A stretch of DNA of 64,000 nucleotides, taken from the human T2T-CHM13v2.0 reference genome, Homo sapiens. Under the pieces are notes generated by a model. That model made no database searches. It had not been told where the DNA came from and worked only from the letters and a program-made list of their open reading frames with translations. This document shows, in pieces, positions 1-13,760 of the stretch (position 1 is the stretch's first letter; each line of letters begins with the position of its first letter). The stretch is taken from the NCBI RefSeq assembly GCF_009914755.1, contig NC_060926.1; one strand, written 5' to 3'. A program made the position numbers and the translations under genes.

Positions 1-638
1 CAAGGTTGCAGAGAAAATAAAATGCTCATACGCTGCTGGTGGGAATGTAAATTAATTCATTGTGTAAAGCAGTATTGCAGTTTCTCAGATAACTTAATAT
101 TTGACCCAGCAATTTATTATTGGGTATATACCTAAAGTAATATAAATTGTTTTACCATAAAGACATATGCATGTGTATGTTCATTGCAGCACTATTCACG
201 ATAGCAAAGACGTGGAATTCAACCTAAATGCTCGATAGGCTGGACAAAGAAAATGTGGTATATATACACTATGGAATACTACACAGCCACAGAAAGAGTC
301 ACATCGTGTTCTTTGCAGCAACATGGTTGGAGCTGGAGGCCATTATCCTATGTGAATTCATGCAGGAACAGAAAACCAAATACTGTATGTTCTTACTTAT
401 AAGTAGGAGCTAACCTTGGGAACAAATGGACACCAGGAAGGAAACAACAGACACTGGGGCCCACTTGAGGGTGGAGGGTGGGAGAAGGGAGAGATCAGAA
501 AACTACATATCAGGTATTATGCTTATCAGCTCGCTGATGAAATAATCTGTAGACCAAACCCCCTTGACACACAACTTACCTATATAACAAACCTGCACAT
601 CTATCCCTGAACCTAAAATAAAATATCAAAAAAAAAAA
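1..638 (+). mobile_element. LINE-1 3' end (older L1PB/L1MA-like): ORF2 C-terminus remnant, 3'UTR and poly(A)
   Basis: ORF 228-413 resembles the ORF2 C-terminus (FAATWLELEAIIL..EQKTKYCMFLLIS); 3'UTR ends ACAAACCTGCACATCTATCCCTGAACCTAAAATAAAA followed by an A tail. Confidence 0.9.
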
Positions 639-1459
639 TCTGATATGAAAGTGGTCTTGCAGAAGTTGTACTTCCTTCCTGTGAAACAATACTCACTTCA
701 CTTCTAGAGCTAAAAATGGTATGGAAAAGAGACATGCTATTCACTTATTCTGCCAGCAGAGAAGAAATATGATGTGTTGCACATTCCAATTTCACCCTTT
801 CAAACGTGGGGTTCCATTGTCAATTTTTTTCTAATAGATTTCTAATAGGCACATAGACTATGCACAGTATTTATAGCTTTGTACAAGTAATCAGGGATTC
901 CTAGAATGCTATGGAACTGGTAATAATTCCTGATCCTCAAAGAAAGGATGTGCCATAGAGGAAAAGCATAAGACATTAAAGGAATTACTTTGTAGATTTA
1001 AAAGAAGCATAGCACAGAATGTTGTGACATACAGCACACATGAGTCTCTGTCCTCCTCATTCACACATATTTCACTGCCCCATGCCCTTGGTTTGATTAG
1101 AACATTATTTAGGGTAATCTAATATACCCTTCTTATATTCACCTTTCATTCATTAATGAATGAGTCAATGTGAGTTTCTGTATCTGTCCTTGAATTCAGT
1201 ATTCAACTCCACTATTCTTTTGGAACTGTGTTGCTTTTCCTCCTACCCTCACCCTCTTTACACACTGGGGAACTGAGGTTCTCAGCAACAGAATGCAGTT
1301 GTAGCTCATCAAAGCAGCAGCTTTCTCACTGTCTGGATTCTAACAGGCTGAAAAATCTGAGGAGGTTTCCCTGCTCTGCTCAGAGCTTTCTTTGCACAAT
1401 GATGTCTTCTGCAGAGAAAACTCAAGAAACATACTCTCCTGAACATGAAGGAGAGCGCG

Positions 1460-1590
1460 AAAGAGTGTGGGATTTGGAGTCACAAAGACTTGTGTTTGGA
1501 TCTTAACCCTGTGATCTTGCCCACGCTATGTAATCTCTCTGAGCCTCACTCTCCCTATATATACATTAAAGCATTAATCCTACCTGATAT
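1460..1590 (+). mobile_element. MIR SINE fragment
   Basis: TTTGGAGTCACAAAGAC..TGTGATCTTG..AATCTCTCTGAGCCTCA resembles the MIR core. Confidence 0.6.
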
Positions 1591-2242
1591 TGGGAACATA
1601 ATGGTCTGTGTGCAGATGTTCTGACTTCTCTCTGGCAGAGGCCTTCACACGAAGACACTTAGGCATTTTTTAATTTACCAACTTTTCACAAAATGAGTGT
1701 CGTGTCTACTGTCACAAATACATGACCTATGTTCTATTTTACATGGCTTAGTTTATGCTCTATTTTGTTTCAGAAAGTTTTCACTCTTCCCACTGTTGGG
1801 ACATAGGGAGATTATATAAAAAATCAAAGCAAAAACCTTTCAGTATTCAGGCAATTCTACATATTTTGGAGGTAGTGAAGAGACATTGTGATCACATGAA
1901 AAGCACCAAGCACAAAGCAGGTGCCTATGAACATACTTCACCCACCAGCCTTGCCACATGGTGCTATGAGAACGTCTGATCCTAGGACATGTAGACAGTG
2001 AAGAGGAGGAGCTGCCCAGCACTGGGAAGCCAGGGGCCTACACCTAGCTCAGACATCCACTCTCCTATAATCTTAGGCAAATTATCAGAACCTTGGAACC
2101 ACCTTTTTAAAGACATATGTATGATCTTTAGTATGTTCCATTATAAACAACTGTTTCTGAAGTTTAGATTTCACAGAACTGTAAGTTAGGAAAAGTATGG
2201 GAATCATATACGATTGTCATTTTTCTTTTTCTTTAAGAATAA

Positions 2243-3706
2243 TTTTTAAATTATACTTTAAGTTCTGATTCATGTGTAGAATGTGCAAGTTTGTTATATA
2301 GGTATACACATGCCATGGTGGTTTGCTGCACCCATCAACCCGTAATCTACATTAGGTATTTCTCCTAATGCTATCCCTACTCGAGCCCCCCACCCCCTGA
2401 CAGCCCCGGTGTGTGATGTTCCCCTCCCTGTGTCCATATCTTCTCATTGTTCAACTTCCACTTATGAGCGAGAACATCTGGTTTTCTGTTCTTGTGTTAG
2501 TTTGCTGAGAATGATGGTTTCCAGCTTCATCCATGTTCCTGCAAAGGACATGAATGCATCCTTTTTATAGCTGCATAGTATTCCATGGTGTATATGTGCC
2601 ACATTTTCTTGATCCAGTCTATCATTGATGGGCTGGTTGGTTCCAAGTCTTTGCTATTGTGAACAGTGTTGCAATAAACATACATGTGCGTGTTTCTTTA
2701 TAGTAGAATGATTTATAATCCTTTGGGTATATACCCAGTAATAGGAAAGCTCGGTCAAATAGTATTTCTGGTTCTAGATCCTTGAGGAATCATCACCGTC
2801 TTCCACAATGGTTGATCTAATTTACACTCCCACCAATAGTGTAAAAACGTCCTATTTCTCCACATCCTCTCCAGCATCTGTTGTTTCCTTTTTCATGGTC
2901 GCCATTCTAACTGGCATGAGATGGTATCTCACTGTGGTTTTGATTTCCATTTCTCTGATGACCAGTGATGATGAACTTTTTTTCATATGTTTGTTGGCCA
3001 CATAAATGTCTTCTTTTCCAAAGTGTCTGTTCATATCCTTCTCCCACTTTTTGATGGGGTTGCTTTTTTCTTGTAAATTTGTTTAAGTTCTTTGTAGATT
3101 TTGGATATTAGCCCTTTGTCAGATTGATAGATTGCAAAAATTTTCTCCCATTCTGTAGGTAGCTTGTTCACTCTGATGATAGTTTCTTTTGCTGTGCAGA
3201 AGCTCTTTAGTTTAATTAGATCCCGTTAGTTAATTTTGGCTTTTGTTGCCATTGCTTTTGGTGTTTTAGTCATGAAGTCCTTGCCCATGCCTATGTCCTG
3301 AATGGGATTGCCTAGGTTTTCTTCCAGGGTTTTTATTGTTTTAGGTCTTACATTTAAGTCTTTAACCCACCTTGAGTTAATTTTTGTAGAAGGTGTAAGG
3401 AAGGGGTCCGGTTTCAGTTTTCTGCATATGGCTAGCCAGTTTTCCCAACACCATTTATTAAATAGGGCATCCTTTCCCCATTTCTTGTTTTTGTCAGGTT
3501 TGTCAAAGATCAGATGGTTGCAGACGTGTGGTGTTATTTCTGAGGCTTCTGTTCTGTTCCATGGGTCCATATATCTGTTTGGTACCAATACTATGCTGTT
3601 TTGGTTAGTGTAGCCTTTATAGTATAGTTTGAAGTCAGGTAGCGTGATGCCTCCAGCTTTGTTCTTTTTGCTTAGGATTGTCTTGGCTATACAGGCTCTT
3701 TTTTGG
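2243..3706 (-). mobile_element. 5'-truncated L1PA (L1PA7/8-like)
   Basis: Minus-strand ORFs 2852-3034 and 3226-3588 are ORF2 fragments ([30 protein letters not shown]); L1PA 3'UTR in reverse at 2243-2480. Confidence 0.93.
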
Positions 3707-4118
3707 CCTTAGAACCATTTTTATCCTCATTTATAAGATTAATGCAATAACATTTATTCCAACCAGCTCACAGAATTATGTGTAAATATGCTTTATTTAA
3801 CACACTTTATACATATGATGTTTCATCATCATAAGTCACTGGAATAGAAAAAAGAAAATTAGGTTTCCTACAACTGCACAGAAGAAATATTAAGAAACAG
3901 ACCAAAATATCCGTTTAAGTTCTGAGAAAGAAAGAAAGGTGACTAAAATATAATTAACAAATTTATTATGGTTTATGGTGGTGAATATGGTTCTAAAAAC
4001 CTGCAATTAAAATATGCTTTACATATTATAGAAGTTCTAATATTTGAATGTAATTTTTCTGGAGAAGGTGAGCATTCTAAGTTATACAAAAACATAATTG
4101 TATATATTTGATGACTAA

Positions 4119-4421
<303 letters not shown>

Positions 4422-4608
4422 GACTAAACGTATTTTTGTAAGAATCTCTGGCGTCTTAGGGAAAAGGCTCCTTTTGGATAAATTTTATTAAGGAAATAAC
4501 CAAGATGGCAATTCTGGGGAGCAACTGGCTTGCCCTTGTAAGTTATCTCAGTGGGGAAGTGGCAAGGACGTTTTAGAAGATGGTTGAAGAGAGAGCAGTG
4601 ATGGACAG

Positions 4609-5144
4609 TGTAATGGTTAATATTGAGTGTCAACTTGATTAAATTGAAGGATACAAAGTATGGTTTCTGGGTGTGTCTGTGAGGGTGTTGCCAAAGAAGA
4701 TTAACATTTGAGTCAGGGGACTGGGAGAGGCAGACCCACCCTCAATCTGGGTGAGTACCATCTAATCAGCTGCCAGTGTGGCTAGGATAAAAGCAGGCAG
4801 AGGAAGGACTCTACCGGCTAAGTCTTCTGGCCTCCACCTTTCTCCCATGCTGGGTGCTTCCTGCCCTCGAACATCAGACTCCAAGATCTTCAGCTTCTGG
4901 ACTCTTGGACCCACATCAGTGGTTTTCCAAGGGCTCTTGGGTCTTTGACCACAGACTGAAGGCTGCACTGTCAGCTTCCCTACTTTTGAGGTTTTGGGAC
5001 TCAGACTGGCTTCCTTGCTCCTCTGCTTGCAGATGTCCTATTGTGGGACTTCACCTGTGTAAGTCAATACTCCTTAATAAACTCCCCTTCATATATACAT
5101 CTATCCCATTAGTCCTGTCCCTCTAGAGAACCCTGACTAATACA
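4609..5144 (+). mobile_element. MLT2 (ERVL) solo LTR
   Basis: Starts TGTAATGGTTAATATTGAGTGTCAACTTGA, ends CTAGAGAACCCTGACTAATACA; perfect 5-bp TSD GACAG (4604-4608, 5145-5149). Confidence 0.93.
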
Positions 5145-5280
5145 GACAGAATGGCACAATTTAGTCATGCTGCCCCACAGAATTTGTGGAATAGTATGTT
5201 TAATGCAAATTAAGTCAATTTCCTCCTTTGGTTTAGTACTTCAACTTCACTTATTCCCACGCAGCCTGATATTTAGTCTC

Positions 5281-5576
5281 TTTTTTTTTTTTCTTTTTTT
5301 GAAACAAGGTCTTGCTCTGTTGCCCAAGCTAGAATATGATCATAACTCACCATAGCCTCAAACTCCCGGCCTCAAGTAATCCTCTCACCTCAGCCTTCCA
5401 AGTAGCTGGGACTACAGGTGTGTACCACCACACCCAGCTGATTCGTAAAAATTTTTTATAGAAATGGGGTCTCACTATGTTCTCCAGTCTTGCCTCAAAA
5501 TCCTGGCCTCAAGCAATCCTCCTGCCTCAGCCTCCCAAAGTGCTGAGATTACAGGCATGAGCCACCTCACCCAGCC
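5281..5576 (-). mobile_element. AluJ
   Basis: Diverged dimer with J-type features (CATAGCCTCAAACTCC, CAAGCAATCCTCCTGCCTCAGCC, CACTATGTT). Confidence 0.9.
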
Positions 5577-5603
5577 TGTGGATAGTCTTGAACAACCATT
5601 TAG

Positions 5604-6269
5604 CAAGCCTGGCTCATGGGTGTGTGACCAGTGTAGTAATACAGCACCTTTGCTCACAAGGTTTCAGCACTTGGGGTTTAATGTTCTCTGGTGGTCCTCT
5701 TGAAATTTTTAATTTTTGTCTTGGAATTTGTGTTTTGCAAGTGAAGTTTAACAGAACAACAGAGCCTGCGCTGAGTGTGGGGAACCCCGGTGCAAGTGTG
5801 GTCTAGTTCTCACTCTTCTTCCATACACCTTCCATCCCCCATCCCCAACAGAGTCTCAGCTGCCCGTGGGGCAGGAGACCCTGCCAGGTCTCCCTCCATA
5901 CCTCTGCTATCCTCCAGAAGAGATGGATACAGGTCCTGTGAGGTGGGAGTAGGATGGAGGAACTCACAGTCTGCCTCCACTCTCTGCACTGAGGTGCCCT
6001 GGGCACTGGAGAGGGTGGGGTGCCTCATGGTATCCTAACTATTCATCTGGCTACTAGCTGGAAGCACCACAGTGCATTTGGCAGGACACTTGTTGGGGGC
6101 CTGTTGCCCACCCTGAACTAGATGCCAAGGGTGTTCTAGCACAGAAGTAGTAATCCCTGAGGGGTCTCCCATCCTCTATGGGTGAGGGCAGTGACCCATG
6201 CTAAGGGGAGATTGATATCCCAGGTGGCTGTTTTACATTTGGTCCAGGTAAATTATGTAGCTGGCCCTG
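5604..6269 (+). mobile_element. MER45-family (hAT-Tip100) non-autonomous DNA transposon
   Basis: Left end CAAGCCTGGCTCATGGGTGTGTGACC..GGTTTAATGTTCT..TCTTGAAATT and right end AAATTATGTAGCTGGCCCTG match recalled MER45 termini; GC-richer interior as in the longer MER45B/C. Confidence 0.75.
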
Positions 6270-6734
6270 CTTTTCAGCAGTTTCTGAAACAAGATCTAAA
6301 CTCAAAAGCAGTCAGCTTAATGACATGGTCATGCTCTCAATGAATTGCCAACTAAGTGTATAAGGACCCTAAGTGTGTAATGGCTGTTACACACTCAAGA
6401 GATGTAATCAGAAAGGTCACACGAGAATTTTTTATCTGCCCTTCCTCCTTTCTGGTAAGTGCTACTTGGTCTGAATTAAACAGTTGTTCTAACTTTGAGG
6501 GGACTCGATAGTAGGGAAGTGCAGAAGTACTTTTTCTGGTGGAAGAATCAAACCATCAGCTACAACAGTAACAAGAAAAAAATACATGAAATGCCTGAAA
6601 CAATCCACTTTGTCCAGCAGTGTTTGCCCTGTTTTGGGGGTCAATAAAATGCTGAATTTAAAAGCAAGTAAAAAAGCTCTTTCTTATCCCCACATTGGGG
6701 TGAGTCGAGGTGGAAAGTGCTAGCTGAGTGTAAT

Positions 6735-6875
6735 GTAACTTCTCATATCTCAGTTGTCTCACGTGAAAATGGGGGTGATAAAAGCCTCATGGAGTTGTGA
6801 GGGTACAAAAGGGACCAGAAGGCACTTAGCAGCATGCTCATCACATGCTAAATTCTTAATACAATGAAAATTATT
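6735..6875 (+). mobile_element. MIR fragment
   Basis: CTCAGTTGTCTCACGTGAAAATGGGGGTGATAA..GTTGTGAGG..CACTTAGCA core. Confidence 0.6.
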
Positions 6876-7273
6876 GTTGAAATTGTACCACCACCATCTT
6901 CATCATCCATTTCTATTTACAGAAGAGAAAGTCATCAAGAGAAAGAAAACATATCAGCTCAAACCTTATCTACTTTTTAAGTGATACGGATTTTATGTAT
7001 TCCTCCTCTATGTGCTAAGGAAATAAATAAACATAAATACTAGCAATTCAATAGAATATTGATACATACCGTAAATGGTGATAATATGGTATGTTCAGGT
7101 TATAGACAAGGAGAGAGTTTGGGGGGGATGTTCATGCCTGATCACACAGCCCCTTAATGGCAGACAGGGACTAAAAATACCAGGTTATGGATGTTGTGAT
7201 CCCTCCTCTACTCAGTGTACAATGTGCATTTAGGACCTGAAGCATAAGTAAGCTGTTTTAAGTCCTTATCATG

Positions 7274-7573
7274 GGCCGAGCATGGTGGCTCATGCCTGTA
7301 ATCCCAGCACTTTGGGAGGCCGAGGCAGGTGGATCACCTAAGCTCAGGAGTTTGGGAACAGCCTGACCAACATGGTGAAACCCTGGTATATATTAAAAAA
7401 TACAAAAATTAGCCAGGCATGGTGGCGGGCGCCTGTAATCCCAGCTACTTGGGAGGTTGAGGCAGGAGAATTGCTGAACCCGGGAAGCAGAGGTTGCAGT
7501 GAACCGAGATCACAACATTGCACTCCAGCCTGGGCGACAGAGCAAGACTCCTTCTCAAAAAAGAAAAAAAAAA
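7274..7573 (+). mobile_element. AluS (Sx/Sq-like)
   Basis: Full dimer with A tail; degenerate TSD AAGTCCTTATCATG / AAATCTTATCGTG. Confidence 0.93.
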
Positions 7574-9225
7574 TCTTATCGTGACTTATAGCTGTTGCAT
7601 TTTTACCTTATCATAGCTTATTTTGCTACAGCTATGATTTACACAATGTGATCTTTGGTTAAGAATGCAAAATTCCTGTCATTGTACCTTTCCTCTGCAA
7701 AAACATAATTTGCTTTATGATACCTGTTTCATGACAGTTTCCAGAAATCCCGTGTAAGCAAAAGTGGGGACAGATAGCATCATCAAAATCTCTGATAAAG
7801 TAGTTATCAATTCTGCAATTGGTCGTTCTTCCTGCACACATATGACGGTATTAATATCCCTGCCTTCAGGTCTGATCCTGTGTGTAAGGGTGGCCCATAC
7901 AGAACAATGTGTGGTTAATGCAACATGACTCAAATCATTTTAGCTTTCATTTGGCCAGGCCATCCATCAAGAATCTGAAATCAGCAGCCTGATTCTCATT
8001 TTGCTCCTTCCCCTTGCAGATCTCCTCTAGGTCCAGGGCTGACATTTACTTCAAAGGGAATGCTCCACATAGAGGAGGGATCCAGGAAAGGAAGAAAAAT
8101 GAGAATCCGGCTCGTTATTTTAAAGATGGTTAAAATAAACAAGTCAGCAACGCATGTTTTCTTTTAGACTACTCAATTGGAATCTTTTTTGTCGAAGCAC
8201 AGCAGTTCGTAAAACTTCTATTATCTGATCCCCATGTGAAGGGGATCAAATATATTTTTCATTTGAGGAAGTTGGGTAGAAGTTGGACTGAACTGAATTA
8301 CACTGATTGCTATTCCCCACAATTCCCAACACACTCTTAAAATACATTTACCTATTATACCCCATAATTTTCTATAGACACTAGCTGCAGAGGAAAAAAG
8401 ACTTGTACAGATACAGAAACTCAAAAAAGCAAGCCAGTCACTTGTTTTTATACAGAAACCAGCATACTGACATTTTAATGATGCTGGGCTACTGCCATAG
8501 TGTGAAATTTTGTATTCAGAACATTTAAAAAAGGAGTGGAGAAAGATAAGTAGGCACCCAATGGAATGTGTTGGATGAGCTTTTGTACAAGAGAGGTACC
8601 ATGTAATGATTTGACTCCGTGGGTCACCTTTCCTCCTTACAATATAGAAGAGGCCTTTACATTTATGGGATGCACAGCTGAATGTCATGCCTTTTATGGA
8701 GGCCTCTTTGGGTCTGATTAATTAGTAATTGGGGCAAGATCTATGCACTTCAGTGACTCTTGCTGCCTTGATTGTAAATTGCAATCTGGTGCTAAATCTC
8801 AGCAGGTCACATTGCTGTTTTTGCTGTACCCCAGTGACACAACCGATTAAATCTGTGTAAACAGTATCATTATGAAAATATTTTTGTTATAGGCATGAGG
8901 AATTAACACATTTTTATTTTGGATGGAAATTAAAATTATTTGTGGGAGCTTGGTATGTTTTCATCAATTGTCAGTCATCCCAATAGAGCATGTAGTGAAG
9001 TAACTGTTTTAATTTTCACAAAGGAAGAAAAAAAGTGCTCAGAGGACTTTTAAAACTGAGAATTAAGATAATTATGTCATTCATAATAGAGATAGCAATG
9101 TTACAGGCAAGTATTATGTCACTTAATAGTTAAACAAATAAACAGAAATATGGGAATTAGCCCGCATATTCCCCTTACAATGGAGCACTTTTGATAGAGT
9201 AGCTTTGTTTTAATAGATGCCAGTA

Positions 9226-9229
<4 letters not shown>

Positions 9230-9267
<38 letters not shown>

Positions 9268-9283
9268 CACATGCACACACACA
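9230..9283. repeat. (CA)n microsatellite, interrupted
   Basis: Direct reading. Confidence 0.97.
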
Positions 9284-11789
9284 TTCCCAAATGCTCCCCC
9301 TATTTATAGGCTACATGTTTCCTAAGTTAACTTTAACAGAACTTAAACTGAGTTAGTTGCCTCTGGATAGGAGTAAGAGGTGCTGATGCATAGCTACAGA
9401 ATGCATTAACACAGAATGATGACTCAGGGCTCCCATAGACCAGGTGGGGTTTCAGCTGGGGGATAAAGGTGAGCCATTAGATAGCCTCGAGCAGTTTGTG
9501 TAACACTGTTTATGCTTGATTCTGAAGCAAACAAATTTGATTTCTATACTAGAGCCGCATGGCTGTCTGACCATTAGCACCTTTGAAAAAATTTCTTTTG
9601 CAGGCATGGTAAGGTTAAGCAAATGTGTAATTTGCTAGGATTGAAAGCTACATAAGTCATAATGTTTCTAGTTTTTTTCCTGAGTGACTACTACCTAATT
9701 CTAAGCAGGCACTAAAATTGTATTGGATAATCCCTAATGATGCTTGATTTCACCTCAATGTGCTGAGGCTGGTAAGTCAACCCAATCAGATGGATGCTCT
9801 CCTATTTGCTTCATTTCACAGAGCACCTATTGGAAAAGGCTTAAATAAACTTTAATCAAATATGCCTATTATGTTACTGAGATATGAATTACTGACCATC
9901 TATTTGCTAGCAGCTAAAGCGTAGATACAAGAAAAGTGACTTTTTTCTGTGAGCTCACTAAAATCATTATCAAACTATTAAGGCAAAAAAAGAGAGAGCT
10001 AACAAGTCAGCGAATTTGCTATGTGCCAACTTCCACATTTAAACAAAGAATCGGCTGTATACATTTCAAATGACTGCCTTCATAGTATCTAGGCTGAAAA
10101 CACAAGCAAACAAAAAGAACAAAACTGCCTTTGAAGAGAAGAGGAAGCATTTACTCTACCCTTTAATGCTATACAGATGTTCCACATCCTCTTGACAAGG
10201 TGGGAGGAGTTATGTATGGAAAAGACTGGCTTCAGAATATTGACCATCAGTAGAATATTCAGAATGATAGAATTGCATGCTATTATTTGGGGCACTCATG
10301 CTTGCCTGATAAGTAAGTTCCTAAAGAAAGACTTTTTGGTATAGATCAGTCTAGAAAAATATTATATTTGCTTAAGGACCTTACATTTTTATTTTTGTAC
10401 ACCATTCACCACTGCAATATTTGGCTTAACTGGAGACTCTGAGGATTGGTCGATTAGATCATTTTAGAAATGCATTTTGTATATCAGATATTACACTTAT
10501 CTTTCCAAATACCAAAGGGCAAAGATGTTTAAAAAGATCAAAATAAAGGATAAGGAGTAGCAAAGAAAAAAGTTTATTGTTTACTTTTTCAACTATTCAC
10601 CAAACTGACGCAAAGCATAAAGCCAAAAGCTAGAAAGAAGAAATTCAGGAGAACCGAAGTGTAAACTTGAGTTGTTCAAATAGGAATGAAGAGTAAGAAA
10701 ATGTAAGAATAATTTATTATTGAATATAAACAAATTCAGAGCGATTACATTTTCTTATCAAGTAATTTATTGCTAATTCTGACATTCTATGTTGTACATA
10801 CTATAACTTATATGATGTCAATAAAATTTAACTCATTAGAGTCTCTTGGAAATAATGTTTTAAAAAGTGTAAAAGGCAAATTTTGAGCAGCATTATGTGC
10901 AATATAATTTTTACTGGCCTATTAATAAACTCAAGTGTTATCTTGATTTAGAAAAATAAATAGGATAATCACTCCTTTCTAGTAAATACTTGCAAAGCAG
11001 TTTTTAGAATATAATATACCAAGAAGTCAGGACACACAGAAACACCCACAGTTAAATGCAGGGACTCCATACACTTGCATATCTTCTTCTCCAGAAAAAC
11101 AGCCCTTGTGGCATGTAATGTGAAAAATTAATTCATCATATTTCTGTCAAAAAGTATGATTTTCTATCATAAAGGTGATGTGTGCTTATTATACAAGTAT
11201 CAGAAAAGGTAATAAAGTATAAAATAATAAATCACCCATGGCTCCAACTCCTACAAACACACACTAACTTCTGTCTTCTATGCATTGCTTATGGATATGT
11301 TGGTCACTCTCTATATGAAATCTTGAGACTTCTGTGCAGAATTCTTTAGTAATGTAAGTTCCTTCATTATGGGTAAATGAACTTCTTTTGACATTCCTAG
11401 ATAATCCTTTATGTTTCCTTGTTTCACAAACGACAATGTACATGGCAGAAATATGATGTTATTACAATGAAAGTTTATTAATATAAGACCTTGGAATGTA
11501 AATCTTCTAAAAAGTGTTTCACACTTACGAATGACAAAACTGTTGTTGAAACCAGAAGTCATATGTAGGAATGAGATTGCTGTAGAGGAAGTAGAGCATC
11601 CTCTTGTTTATGTCATTATGTTGCTACTTCTCTCATTATTCACACTTAAGCCCACTCCTATCCTGACTAAAGACAATTTGGTAAGGCGATAATGAGGATC
11701 TAATAAACACAAAGTAAGTTCAAAATCTCATAAAATCAATTAGCCACTTTGTATTTGTGAAAACTTTCAGAAATATGGATATTTGTATA

Positions 11790-12083
11790 TAACAAAATCT
11801 AGAGGTGAATAACCGATCAGTGATTTGGGGCTAAGGCCAGGAAAGAGTGGAAGTGGCATGGGTATGGCTATAAAAGAGTAACATGAGAGATCCTTGCGGT
11901 GATGGAAATTTCTGTATCTTGTCTATATATATAAATAAATACTCTGGTTGTGATATTGCACTATAGTTTTGCAAGATGTTACTCTGGGTAACATTGAGGA
12001 AAAGGTGTATGAAATCTTTCTTTGTTATTTCTTACAACTTCATATGACTCTATAATTATCTCAAAATAAACAGCTTAATAAAA
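11790..12083 (+). mobile_element. Ancient L1M (L1MC/MD-like) 3' end
   Basis: GTGATGGAAATTTCTGTATCTTG..ATAGTTTTGCAAGATGTTAC..TTTCTTACAACT..TATAATTATCTCAAAATAAA. Confidence 0.7.
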
Positions 12084-12329
12084 ACATAAGTTAATTCTGT
12101 TTTTGCAGATACCCCTGACAATATAGATATATGCATATCTACATGCATATATACAGATGCCTTGCCTAAATTCTTTTAGGTCTATACCATTTTGATTTCA
12201 GACATCAATTCAGCTTTCTCTGTAGAGGTTGTTTATGTTGAATATATTTATTTTGATTTGAAATATCATTTAATTTTAATAATTATGCATTATTTTGAAA
12301 AATGTAGTGATAAGAATGGTTATTTCTGA

Positions 12330-12580
12330 GAGCATGTTAGAGTGCAGTGGTTAATGCATGGGCATGGGGGTCAGATTACCTGGTTTGAATCCTTTATGTA
12401 CAGTGTGAATTTAGGTAAGTTATTTAATCACTCTGTGCCTCAATTTGTTCATCTCTTAAAATGAAGATAACAGCAGGTATCTCATAGTGTTATTGTAAAA
12501 ATTAGACAAGTTAATATGTTAAAAAAACTTCTAATAGAGCCTGACACATAGTAAGAACTATGTACATATTAGCTGTTCTG
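12330..12580 (+). mobile_element. Near full-length MIR
   Basis: CAGTGGTTAA..CCTGGTTTGAATCC..AAGTTATTTAATCACTCTGTGCCTCAATTT..CCTGACACATAGTAAG. Confidence 0.85.
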
Positions 12581-13458
12581 TGACAATAATGATGAGGATG
12601 CCTTATAAGCATCAGCTCATATATAACTCATGTCAATCCTAGCTGTAGTCACCATTATTAACCTTGTTATAGATGGCTAAGCAGGTTAAGTGCCTTGCCC
12701 AAGGTCACAAAACTTGTAATGTTTTAAGGGACTCTACATTAATCAATTTACTATATGTTTGTTAGTGAGAGAGTCCAAAATTTTGTTATAATAAAATAAC
12801 ATTATATTTTGTTAGTCACATAAACGTCTGATTTTCTATTTAAACAATAGTGATTTAGAAATGACACTATAAATTTTTTTAAAAACCAGCAGCTTTCTAC
12901 CTAAATTTTTACTATTTCTTGGCTCTACTGGGCCTCGAAGGGCATCTTCTCTCTGCTATTTTGGTCACTCAGTTTTTCATCCTGGACAAACCCAAAGAGT
13001 GAAGAGGTGTATAAAAACAAAAGTGAGGAAGCAACCCGAAGTTCGTTCTCAAAGCTTCAGAAATGTTGAGGTTTTGGGTTCAGTCCAATAAAGGGTGAAG
13101 ATTCAGGTCAAATCTTATTTTATATAAAATGACTACCTTTGTTTTGAAACAATCTAGTAGTTAGAATTGTGGCAGGTTCTGGTTTTAGCTAGCCTTTGAG
13201 GGAAAATGCTGAAATTAATCTTTTGAATGAAGAAGGGACTCAACGATTTCCCAGAGCTACTAAAACAGGGACTTCCTGGAAAAGGATGACTGTTTATTAA
13301 ACAGATTGTAATATCAAGTAAAGAGTTCTTTGGGGGTTGTGTTATATATGTGAGAGTAGGCATGTGTGTTTGTATGTTTGCCAAATATATGGGTATGCAA
13401 AAAATCATTGCCAAATTAAAAAAATTGAAATCATGTATCAAATAAGAGATAGTATATC

Positions 13459-13760
13459 TGGTTATTGAGAGCATGGGCTTTGGGGCCAGATTTCTTCAGT
13501 TCAGACTTTGGCTTTGCCTCTTAACCCATTTTCCATTTGCCCCAAGAAATGAGTGCTGGCAGTGAGCTGCACTTTTTTTTCCTAAACAGGACATGGGTTA
13601 GGTATGTATGACCTTGTACCTTAGCTTCCTAATCTGTGAGAATGGGAATATAAAAATAGTAGCCTTATACAGTGGTTTTGGAGAATAAATAATGAATATA
13701 TGTAAAACACCTAAAAGACTGTATAGTACATAGAGAGTACTTAATACATTTTAGCTGTGC
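13459..13760 (+). mobile_element. MIR interrupted by MER75A
   Basis: GGTTATTGAGAGCATGGGCTTTGGGGCCAGA head and CTTCCTAATCTGTGAGAATGGGAATA core lie either side of the insert. Confidence 0.75.
13525..13597 (+). mobile_element. MER75A-like piggyBac MITE
   Basis: TTAA-CCCATTTTCCATTTGCCCC..GAGTGCTGGCAGTGAGCTGCACTTTTTTTT..ATGGG-TTAG; CCC/GGG termini and TTAA target are piggyBac hallmarks. Confidence 0.85.

Noticed and set aside
8221-8688. 155-aa minus-strand ORF as a gene
   Set aside because: No recognisable domain, composition typical of translated non-coding DNA, and no convincing splice or promoter context
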